Assembly: GCA_041477815.1 (NCBI GenBank)
Contig: JBGOUV010000002.1
Coordinates: 1 to 50,440, forward strand
From: Terriglobia bacterium
GTDB taxonomy: Bacteria > Acidobacteriota > Terriglobia > Bryobacterales > JACQDG01
Length of the DNA: 50,440 nt
Direction of reading: 5' to 3'
How positions within the stretch are numbered: the first letter of the stretch is position 1; every line of letters begins with the position of its first letter. A program made the position numbers and the translations under genes. The notes beneath the pieces were generated by a model, which was not told the origin of the DNA, did no database searches, and was given only the letters and a program-made list of their open reading frames with translations. This document shows, one piece after another, positions 29,883 to 38,230 of this stretch.

Positions 29883-30415
29883 CGGGTCAGGACCCCGCGA
29901 ATGGCGGCCTTAAACCGGTCGAGGGACAGACCGTCGAGCCGGCGGAGGTCGGTCGAGCGAGCGGCCGGGGGCCGGACGGGACCCGGCAGCGAGAGACCTT
30001 CCACGGTGGCGTGGACCTGTCCGCCGGCGACGCGGAACTTGCCCTGCCCGAGGCCGCGGGTGCGCCAAAGTCCGTTGGGGACGCGGTAGAGGAACAGCAC
30101 CATCTCCTCGCCGCGCTCGAAGCGGGAGACGCCCTCGATGGTCATTTCCACGCCGTCCACCACGCCGCCGGGCTCGCTGACCACCACCGTCTTGGCGGCG
30201 CCGCCCTTGAGAGGGTCCGCGACCTCGACTTCGCAATGCGTCCAGATGGCTTGGTGATCGGCGTCCCAGGCGGACCAGGTGCGGAGGCAACGGCCGTGGA
30301 CGATGCGCTCCGAGCGGTCGGCAAGCTGTTCCAGGGTGAGGCGCTCGACCAGCGTGGCGGAAAGGGGCGCAACTGCCGCGCCGAGGAGAATGGCAATCCC
30401 TAGTAGGCGTTTCAT
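29879..30415 (-). CDS. Secreted hypothetical protein coupled to the protease
   Basis: MKRLLGIAILLG signal, LTLEQLADRSERIVHG, PGGVVDG, GLGQGKF. ATGA overlap. Confidence 0.8.
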   Translation of the reverse strand: MKRLLGIAILLGAAVAPLSATLVERLTLEQLADRSERIVHGRCLRTWSAWDADHQAIWTHCEVEVADPLKGGAAKTVVVSEPGGVVDGVEMTIEGVSRFERGEEMVLFLYRVPNGLWRTRGLGQGKFRVAGGQVHATVEGLSLPGPVRPPAARSTDLRRLDGLSLDRFKAAIRGVLTR

Positions 30416-30438
30416 GCCCGGACTATCACCATTGTATC

Positions 30439-31014
30439 TTATCGGCAGCGTGCCGCGTAGCGGCGGACAATGTGGCGGAGTGCCTGGTCGGCCGGGGTGA
30501 GCGAGAACAGGCCGCGCAGGAGCGGCAGGAAGGGGGTGACAAAAATCACTTGGGCCACGCCGAACGCCATCAGAAGAAACCAGATCGCCAGGGGGAGGAT
30601 CCGGCTGGGAACCCCGGCGTGCCAGAACACGAAGCCCCATGCCAGGTAGACGCCCGCCTGCAAGGGCCGGTTCCCAAGAACGAACAGGGCCGAATTGAGC
30701 GGAGGGGAGTAGAAGAGCATGGTCGCTAACTGGACGGTCAGGAAAAGGCCGATGTCGGCGAGGAGGGCATAGTCGACGCGCAGGAATTCGAGGAAGGCTG
30801 GAAAGGCCCAGATGGCGGCGGTCGAGGGCCACAGAACCCACAGGGCGGCCTCGCCCAGCAGGCGAGCGAAGGGGACCTGCTCGAGGACGGTGGGGTAGTC
30901 GCGGCGGAGGTCGGATTCCTCGGTCTTGAAGCGCAGGCCGCCGGCGGCGAAAAGGCCCTTCCCGGGAACGGTTCGGTACTCGACGGAAAAGGGATCTTGG
31001 GAGGAAGGGGCCAT
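30439..31014 (-). CDS. Hypothetical membrane protein
   Basis: Soluble N-terminus then ~4 hydrophobic helices; TATCAT 7 nt before ATG. Confidence 0.7.
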   Translation of the reverse strand: MAPSSQDPFSVEYRTVPGKGLFAAGGLRFKTEESDLRRDYPTVLEQVPFARLLGEAALWVLWPSTAAIWAFPAFLEFLRVDYALLADIGLFLTVQLATMLFYSPPLNSALFVLGNRPLQAGVYLAWGFVFWHAGVPSRILPLAIWFLLMAFGVAQVIFVTPFLPLLRGLFSLTPADQALRHIVRRYAARCR

Positions 31015-31031
31015 TCTGGATATGATAGCCC

Positions 31032-31051
31032 GGTCCGCAAATTTGCGGACC
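31032..31051. promoter_or_regulatory. Perfect 20-bp palindrome GGTCCGCAAATTTGCGGACC (operator-like)
   Basis: Lies in the 52-bp divergent intergenic region. Confidence 0.5.
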
Positions 31052-31066
31052 CAGCGAGGTGAAGCG

Positions 31067-33370
31067 ATGCGGGTAGGGATCATTCTGGTGCTGGCGGCAC
31101 TGGCCGGATGCGGAAAGAAGACCACTGGAACCCTGGAGACCCAGGCGCAGGCGGTCCTGGCCCAGACCACCGGAAAACTCCAACTGGCCGGGCTGGCCAA
31201 GCCCGTCGAAGTCCGGCGCGACCAGTGGGGCATACCCCACATCTACGCCCAGACGGTCGAGGACCTGTTCTTCGCCCAGGGATTCGTGGCCGCCCAGGAC
31301 CGGCTGTTCCAGATCGAGATGTGGCGCCGGACCGGGGCCGGCGAGCTGGCCGAGATCCTGGGGGAGAGCCACGTGGAGCGGGACCGCTTCGCCCGGCTGG
31401 TGAAATATCGCGGGGACATGCAGGCCGAGTGGACCAGCTACGCCCCCGACGCCAAGATCATCATCGAGAGCTTTGTGCGCGGGGTGAACACGTACATCCG
31501 CCACGCCGGCGACAAGCTGCCGATCGAGTTTCAGCTCTTGGGGATCCGGCCGGGGGAATGGAAGCCCGAGGACTGCCTGCTCCGGATCGCTGGATTGCTG
31601 ATGACCCGGAACGCCGTCCAGGAGGTGGACCGGGCGCGCTTGGTGGCGCGCTTGGGACCGGAGAAGGCCGCCGACCTCCTGCCGCCCGACCCCCTGACCA
31701 AGCACGAGGCCAGTCCGGCGTTTCCCCTGGAGGGGATCGACCAGCGGGTGACCAAGAGCCTCCAGGCGGCCATCGGACCGGTCCGCTACGAGACCGAGCC
31801 GGGGAGCAACAACTGGGTAGTGGACGGGACGCTGTCGGCCACCGGCAAGCCGCTGCTGGCCAACGATCCGCATCGGCCGGTGGTGCTGCCCTCGCTGCGG
31901 TACCTGGTGCATCTGGTGGGACCGGGCTGGAACGCCATCGGGTCGGGGGAGCCGGCGCTGCCGGGGATCGCCTTGGGACACAACGAGCGGGTGGGGTTCG
32001 GGTTCACCGTCGTCGGAATCGACCAGCAGGATCTCTACGTCGAGAAGACCGACGGCCAGAACCGGTACCAGGTAAAGGGCGACTGGCGCGAGATGCGGGT
32101 GGAGAAGGAGAAGATCCGGGTGAAAGGCAAGACCGAACCGGTGGAGGTGGAGCTGAAGTTCACCGACCACGGGCCGGTGATCTATGAAGATCCCGGGCGC
32201 CAGCGGGCCTACGCGCTGCGGTGGGTGGGTGCGGAGCCGGGCGGGGCCGGGTACCTGGCTTCCTTGTCGGCGGCGCGGGCCCAGAACTGGAAGGAGTTTC
32301 AGTCGGCTATGGAGCGGTGGAAGGTCCCCTCGGAAAACCTGGTGTACGCGGACGTGGACGGAAATATCGGCTGGATCGCGTCCGGTCTCGCGCCGGTGCG
32401 GAAGAATTGGAGCGGGTTGCTGCCGCAGCCGGGGCAGACGGGGGAGCGGGAATGGGCGGGGTTCCTGCCGCTCTCGGAGCACCCGCAGAAGTACAATCCC
32501 CCGGAGCATTACGTAGCCACCGCCAACCACAACATCCTGCCCCGGGGATACCGCCACCAGCTCGGGTACGAGTGGAACCCCGGGTTTCGGTTCCACCGTC
32601 TCGACGAGGTGCTGCGGGCCGGGAAGAAGTTCACCATCGAGGACTTCCAGAAGCTGCAGCAGGACTATACGTCGCTGGTGGCGCGGGAGTTCGTGGCCCT
32701 ACTGAAGAAGGCTCCGGCGGGAGTGGGGGGCGAGGCGCGGAAGATGCTGGAAGCGTGGGACTGCGTCCTCGGGAAGGATTCGGGGGCGGCGGCGCTCTAC
32801 GAGCTGTGGCTGCGGCGGCTGACCCGGCGCTACATCGCCACGCTGGGGCCCGAAGACGTCCGAGACGTGCTGGACCGGCGGATGTCTCACCGCAATATCC
32901 TGGATCTATTGGCCAAGGACCCGCCCGAGAAACGCCACGAGCTGCTGCTGGGCGCCCTGCGGGAGGCCGTCCAGGAGGCGGAGAAGACCATGGACGAAGA
33001 TATGGCTGGGTGGAGGTGGGGCGCGCTGCACCATATCCGGTTCCACCATCCGCTGGCGCTCGATGCGGAGCGGCGGAAGCTGTTTGATCTGGGACCGGTG
33101 GAGCGGGGCGGAGACGCCAATACGGTCAACAACACCGGTGGAACGGGGTTCAACCAGACTTCGGGAGCGTCCTACCGGCAGATCCTGGACGTGGCCGATT
33201 GGGACCGGTCGGTGGCGACCAGCACTCCGGGGCAGTCCGGGCAGCCGGGCAGCCCGCACTACGGGGATCTGCTACCACTATGGGCAGAGGGAAAGTACTT
33301 CCCCCTGTCCTATACCCGTGGGGCCGTGGAGAGAGTCACGCGTAACATATTGATTCTGGAGCCGAAATAA
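31067..33370 (+). CDS. Penicillin acylase (Ntn-hydrolase) family lipoprotein
   Basis: LAGC lipobox, RDQWGIPHIYA, AQDRLFQ, GSNNWVV, LANDPH, TANH, GQSG. Confidence 0.95.
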   Translation: MRVGIILVLAALAGCGKKTTGTLETQAQAVLAQTTGKLQLAGLAKPVEVRRDQWGIPHIYAQTVEDLFFAQGFVAAQDRLFQIEMWRRTGAGELAEILGESHVERDRFARLVKYRGDMQAEWTSYAPDAKIIIESFVRGVNTYIRHAGDKLPIEFQLLGIRPGEWKPEDCLLRIAGLLMTRNAVQEVDRARLVARLGPEKAADLLPPDPLTKHEASPAFPLEGIDQRVTKSLQAAIGPVRYETEPGSNNWVVDGTLSATGKPLLANDPHRPVVLPSLRYLVHLVGPGWNAIGSGEPALPGIALGHNERVGFGFTVVGIDQQDLYVEKTDGQNRYQVKGDWREMRVEKEKIRVKGKTEPVEVELKFTDHGPVIYEDPGRQRAYALRWVGAEPGGAGYLASLSAARAQNWKEFQSAMERWKVPSENLVYADVDGNIGWIASGLAPVRKNWSGLLPQPGQTGEREWAGFLPLSEHPQKYNPPEHYVATANHNILPRGYRHQLGYEWNPGFRFHRLDEVLRAGKKFTIEDFQKLQQDYTSLVAREFVALLKKAPAGVGGEARKMLEAWDCVLGKDSGAAALYELWLRRLTRRYIATLGPEDVRDVLDRRMSHRNILDLLAKDPPEKRHELLLGALREAVQEAEKTMDEDMAGWRWGALHHIRFHHPLALDAERRKLFDLGPVERGGDANTVNNTGGTGFNQTSGASYRQILDVADWDRSVATSTPGQSGQPGSPHYGDLLPLWAEGKYFPLSYTRGAVERVTRNILILEPK

Positions 33371-33409
33371 TGCACAAATTTGGAGCCGAATTACGGTTAA
33401 AATACCGCC

Positions 33410-36400
33410 ATGCCCGATAAACTTTCTCTCGATTGGAGCCAGCTCCAAAAGAAGTATGACTTTGTGGTCGTGGGGTCGGGATATGGGGGGTCGATCACGG
33501 CGGCTCGAATCGCCACCGCCGGCCTGCCCCAGAAGCCCTCGGTGTGCGTCCTGGAGCGGGGCCGGGAGTGGGAGGTGGGCACATTCCCGGATACCCAATT
33601 GGCGGCAGCCGCACAGTTCCGCAGCGACCTGAACCCGCTCGGCCTGTACGAGCTCCTGCCCTATAAGGACATCTCGGTAATCAAAGGGAACGGGTTGGGA
33701 GGCACGTCGCTGGTGAACGCCAACGTGGCCATTGTGCCCGATCGCGAGGTATTCGAGCAGGCCAACTGGCCGAAGACCCTCACCTACGACAAGATGCTCG
33801 GCTACTACGACAAGGCGCGGAAGGTATTAGACCCCGGACCGCACCCGCGATTCAGCGACCTGAAGAAGGTCCAGGCCCTGGGGAAGCGGGCGGCGCAGCT
33901 CGGTCTGCAGGCCGAGGCGCTCCACATCACGGTGAACTTCAAGGATTTCGCGGCCACCGGGGGGCTGAATCCCTACGGCCGGCCGCAGCAGCCGTGTACC
34001 GACTGCGGCGACTGCGTCAGCGGGTGCAACGTAGGGGCCAAGAATACCCTCTATATGAACTACCTGCCCATGGCCCGGAAGGCGGGGGCGCAGATCTTCG
34101 TCCAGGCCAAGGTCGAGTGGATCGAGAAGCTGGCCGCCGGCGGGTGGCGGATTCATGGGAAGCATTACACCGACACGTTCGACGCCCAGGACTTCACCCT
34201 GGAGGCGACGCACGTGGTGATGGCGGCCGGGTCGATCAACTCGACCGAGATCCTGCTGCGCAGCCAGGCGAAAGGGCTGGCGCTGTCGCCCCGCATCGGG
34301 ACCGGGTTCAGCGGCAACGGCGACTTCTTCGGGCTGGCCTACAACGGGAACGACCCGACCCAGGTGCTCGGATTTGGAAATCACCCGGACAGTCCGGGAG
34401 CCCAGTTGCCGCCGGGTCCGACCATTACCGGAATCATCCGGTACAACGTGAAACTGCCGCTGGACCAGCGGTTCACCATCGAAGACCTGTCCTTCCCCAG
34501 CGGCGGCGTGGACCTCAGCCGGGCCACCTTCGCGCTGCTCCGGGGAGAGGACACCGATGTCGGCGACGAGGAAGCGGAGCGAGGGCGGGTGCAGCGCGAC
34601 TTTCCCCCTCTGGTTCCGAACGATCCGCAGGGCGCGCTCAACCACACCATGCTGTATTTGTGTATGGGCAAGGATGATGCCAAAGGGACCATGGTATTCC
34701 AGACGCCGCTGCTGGAGCCGGATGGGCGGATGGAAATCGTCTGGGACGACGCCGGGCGGCAGCAGGTGTTCACCCGCATCAATGAAGAGCTGCGGCGGCA
34801 CGCCCGGGCGCTGGGGGCGAGCTTCATCGCCAACCCCATCTGGAACTTCCTGGACATCAAACACCTCGCCACCGCGCATCCGCTGGGCGGGTGCCCGGTC
34901 GGGGAGGACTACCTGCAAGGGGCCGTGGACGTTTACGGGCGCGTGTTCTCGGGCGACGGAACGGTACACGAAGGGCTGTTCGTGTCCGACGGCGCGCTGA
35001 TCCCGTCGGCGCTGGGGGTGAATCCTTTCCTCACGATTTCAGCGCTCACCGAGCACATCGTCGAGCGCAAGATCCAGGACCTCGCAGGGGACCGGTATCC
35101 GGCGCCGCAAAAGGCGGTGAGCTTTGCGGGCCTGCAGCCGGTTGACGTCATCGGGCGGCCCGAAGCGGAGCTGGAGCGGGTGTTTCGCAGCGTGCCGTCG
35201 TTCGGGATCGACACGCTGCTCAACAAGGGCGAGCGGAAGATCGACGTGGCCAAGCGGGAGATCTTCAACGACGCCTACTGGAAGGGGTTTTTCCCGGCGG
35301 GGCACCTCCTCAACCGCATGTCGGCGGCGATCTTCACCGGCTTCCAGAAGCGGTTCTTCCAGGAAGGCAATCACTACAAGGGGATAACCAGCGACACCGA
35401 CGGGCGCATCAACGCGCGGAACACGCTGGAGGAATTGAACCTGACAAAACGCACCGGGGACCTGGATCCGGGGCGATACATCCTGCTGCGATACATCGAT
35501 CCGCCGTGGCAGGGGTTCTACGACGTGTTTCGCATCGTCAGCGACGAGCTGATCCTCGGACGCGTGTACTTCGGGGAGTATCCCAACGGCGCGCGGGTGT
35601 TCACCTTCCCGATGAGCCGGCGGTACAGCTTCGACCAGATGACGGTGGAGGACCACCGCCAACTGTGGGAATCGGGGAGCGTGCCCACCCCGCAGGATCT
35701 GAACGGGGTGTGGCGGATGGACGCGATCTCCAACGCCAACCACGCCGGCGGGATCGCCTACCTGCAGTTCGACGCCAAGCCCGACGGGCGACTGGAGAGC
35801 CGCTACCGCCTGATGGGACTCATGGAGGGCCTGGTCACGCCGAGCTTCGTCGCCGACCACTTCCAGTTGCACGACTTTACAATGTTCCACGACGAAATCC
35901 GCGAGGTGGACGGGAAGTTCCTGGTGGGCAAGTACGTCATGGACCTGCCGGCGGCGATCGCCCAGGCCATTCCGGCCACGTCGCTCGGGCTGCTGCACGT
36001 GGAGGGCGGCCGGGTCGGCTTCTATTACCTGCTGACCAAGGCCGACCAGGCGGGGCTCGCCACCAGCACGATCCTGAGTCCCTTCCTGGACGCCAAGCTG
36101 CCGGACGGGCTGTCGATGAGCTTCGACGAGGAGATGGTCGGGTGGTACCAGGCCGTGGGGTCCAGCGAGAAGGTCGCCTGCAGCTTCCAGTTGAAGCTGA
36201 TGATCCGGGACGTGAACGAGTTTATCGACGGGACCGAGCACGAAGCGCAGTGCCGGGGAACAGTCCGGTTCGACAAATTCGAGGGCGAAGGACCCGTAAT
36301 CGTGCCGGTCGACGAGCGCCAGAGCCGGTTCAACTATCTGCGGGTGAACCCGGCAACCGGCGAAGCCGAGATGAACTATCACCTGGTATTCAGCCCCGGC

Positions 36401-37780
36401 CTGAAGCGGCGGTTCGTGCTCGAGGGCACGAAGTTCATGCAGAAGAACGAGGGAGGCGGATTGCGGGGTCTGCGGGAGGTCCTGGAAGACTACACGACTC
36501 TATACTACAAAGTCCTGGAAGGGGACCAGGAGATAGGGTCGGGCGTGCTGCGGTTCAAGACCTTCGAGGACCTGGCGGCGGTGGGAAACCTGGTCGGGTT
36601 CCTGCGGTCGTTCCAGGTCACCGGCACCGACAATGCGCTGTGGAAGCTGCAGGCGCAGATGCGGTTCATGGCGTTCACCGGGCAGTTCGTGCTGCAGGAG
36701 TATGATCCGCTCTCGCCCGACAGCGTCGGACCCTTGCAGGAGGACGTGCAGGCGCTGGTGGCGCGCGGCGCCGATACGCCGGACTTCTTCAGCACCCGGC
36801 CGTCCAACGAGCTGCAGTCGGTGCTGCGGGCCCAACCCACCCTCCCCCTGGAGAAGCTCGTCAACACCGGCGCGGTGAAGATAGACTGGGACCAGCGGCG
36901 CATCTGGCGCGATTCCTTCTGGAAGGGCTCCTTCGCCATGGATTCGCTGCTCGGCTGGGAGGAACGCGCCCAAAACGCCGGAGCCCAGCGCGAGGGTGCG
37001 ATCTTCGCCGGCGGGGCCTTCTGGAAGCGGTTCGATGGTGTGAAGAACGGCGTGGCCACGGGTCACGTGGTGAACTACGAGCTGGCGTTCCTGCCGGGAA
37101 AGCCGGAGGTGCGCGAAGTGGCGTATCCGAACGACGCGCGCGTGTATTTCGCCAAGGGCGACAAGATCCTGCTGCTCACCTATACCAACGAGCCGTACCG
37201 CATCGTCTACGACACCATCAAGGTGATCGACGAGAACAACTGCATCGGAGTGATGCACTTGGGAACGTTCCCGGACGGCGTGGTGTTCTCTTCGTTCGTG
37301 ATGACCCGCAACAATTATCCTTTTGAGAAGATGTCGGTGGAAGACCACCAGGCGATCTTCGCCGACCCGCGCACCACCGTGCCGGGAGCGGCCCAGCTCG
37401 AAGGCGAGTGGGACGGCAACCTGATTTTCCTGGCGCATCCCAACGTGAGCCTGCTGAACCAGGCCAACCCGGTACTGTTCCGGCTCAGTTTCCGGGCCGC
37501 CGGAAACCAGGTGGAGGGACGCTACCGCTTCGGCCTCTTGAGCGGACAGATGAAAGTGGAGTTTACCGAGGAGTTCGTCCGGCTGGTGGATTTCACCGCG
37601 TTCCACGACGAGATCCGCCTGATCGATCCGGATACGCTGATCGGCAAGTGGGTATCGCCGGATATGTCCCCGGTGCTGCTGGCCTGGCTGCGGAACTACG
37701 TGGAGCCAGGGGCAAATCGGCTGGGATTTTACTACATATTGAAGCGGGCTAAGGCGGGGGCGGCGACGGGAGGCGGATGA
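33410..37780 (+). CDS. Cholesterol-oxidase-like GMC oxidoreductase with a ~900-aa C-terminal extension
   Basis: VGSGYGG, LERG, GLGGTSLVNANV, CxxCGxCxxGC, HPLGGC, VNPFLTI. Confidence 0.92.
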   Translation: MPDKLSLDWSQLQKKYDFVVVGSGYGGSITAARIATAGLPQKPSVCVLERGREWEVGTFPDTQLAAAAQFRSDLNPLGLYELLPYKDISVIKGNGLGGTSLVNANVAIVPDREVFEQANWPKTLTYDKMLGYYDKARKVLDPGPHPRFSDLKKVQALGKRAAQLGLQAEALHITVNFKDFAATGGLNPYGRPQQPCTDCGDCVSGCNVGAKNTLYMNYLPMARKAGAQIFVQAKVEWIEKLAAGGWRIHGKHYTDTFDAQDFTLEATHVVMAAGSINSTEILLRSQAKGLALSPRIGTGFSGNGDFFGLAYNGNDPTQVLGFGNHPDSPGAQLPPGPTITGIIRYNVKLPLDQRFTIEDLSFPSGGVDLSRATFALLRGEDTDVGDEEAERGRVQRDFPPLVPNDPQGALNHTMLYLCMGKDDAKGTMVFQTPLLEPDGRMEIVWDDAGRQQVFTRINEELRRHARALGASFIANPIWNFLDIKHLATAHPLGGCPVGEDYLQGAVDVYGRVFSGDGTVHEGLFVSDGALIPSALGVNPFLTISALTEHIVERKIQDLAGDRYPAPQKAVSFAGLQPVDVIGRPEAELERVFRSVPSFGIDTLLNKGERKIDVAKREIFNDAYWKGFFPAGHLLNRMSAAIFTGFQKRFFQEGNHYKGITSDTDGRINARNTLEELNLTKRTGDLDPGRYILLRYIDPPWQGFYDVFRIVSDELILGRVYFGEYPNGARVFTFPMSRRYSFDQMTVEDHRQLWESGSVPTPQDLNGVWRMDAISNANHAGGIAYLQFDAKPDGRLESRYRLMGLMEGLVTPSFVADHFQLHDFTMFHDEIREVDGKFLVGKYVMDLPAAIAQAIPATSLGLLHVEGGRVGFYYLLTKADQAGLATSTILSPFLDAKLPDGLSMSFDEEMVGWYQAVGSSEKVACSFQLKLMIRDVNEFIDGTEHEAQCRGTVRFDKFEGEGPVIVPVDERQSRFNYLRVNPATGEAEMNYHLVFSPGLKRRFVLEGTKFMQKNEGGGLRGLREVLEDYTTLYYKVLEGDQEIGSGVLRFKTFEDLAAVGNLVGFLRSFQVTGTDNALWKLQAQMRFMAFTGQFVLQEYDPLSPDSVGPLQEDVQALVARGADTPDFFSTRPSNELQSVLRAQPTLPLEKLVNTGAVKIDWDQRRIWRDSFWKGSFAMDSLLGWEERAQNAGAQREGAIFAGGAFWKRFDGVKNGVATGHVVNYELAFLPGKPEVREVAYPNDARVYFAKGDKILLLTYTNEPYRIVYDTIKVIDENNCIGVMHLGTFPDGVVFSSFVMTRNNYPFEKMSVEDHQAIFADPRTTVPGAAQLEGEWDGNLIFLAHPNVSLLNQANPVLFRLSFRAAGNQVEGRYRFGLLSGQMKVEFTEEFVRLVDFTAFHDEIRLIDPDTLIGKWVSPDMSPVLLAWLRNYVEPGANRLGFYYILKRAKAGAATGGG

Positions 37781-37807
37781 CGGAGCCAGCGCGGTGACCC
37801 AGCCAGT

Positions 37808-37990
37808 TTACCGCAGAGGTATGCGCGAGCCTTTGACCAACGTATGGTCGTGCTCGAGACTCTTCAGGAGTTCCTCCACGAACTGTTTGTCAAGTGGTGT
37901 CCAAGCCGGGCCGACCAGGACGTTTGTAACCCCCTTGGGGTCAAAAGGCACTTCCCGCAGAAACACGCGGCATAGTAGAACCAGTCGGTA
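37808..37990 (-). pseudogene. Orphan C-terminal gene fragment (resembles DUF2971 protein ends)
   Basis: Reads ..FLREVPFDPKGVTNVLVGP..VKGSRIPLR-stop; no intact start. Confidence 0.35.
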
Positions 37991-38132
37991 CCCAGTCCCA
38001 GAGTCGAATCCTGCAGCGCTCCGACGATCGAGGACACTGGATCTTTTCGGCCATCGAGGACTTCAAGCGCGACCTCTGTACCGCGGGTGACCTCGGAGAG
38101 ATCATTGAGACACCGTACATCCGATGCCCAGA

Positions 38133-38225
38133 TCAGCTTCGATGAGAGGATCCCTCGCAGGCCCTCGGCGCTGGTGTAGTAGTTGCGGATACCACCGCCG
38201 AAATCTGTGACTCTCGCTTGGGCAT
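38133..38225 (-). pseudogene. Truncated RHH/antitoxin-like N-terminal fragment
   Basis: MPKRESQISAVVSATT starts 5 nt after the upstream stop, then degrades. Confidence 0.3.
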
Positions 38226-38230
38226 ATTTG

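Noticed and set aside
29879-32596. 905-aa minus-strand ORF and similar long antisense ORFs (e.g. 41882..43813, 12219..14072, 38183..39964)
   Set aside because: Shadow ORFs of high-GC genes on the opposite strand; low-complexity R/P/G-rich with no motifs. Only the last 178 aa of this one appear real.
33357-33390. 10-bp direct repeat TGGAGCCGAA x2
   Set aside because: Short, one copy is coding, and there is no supporting context; may be chance.
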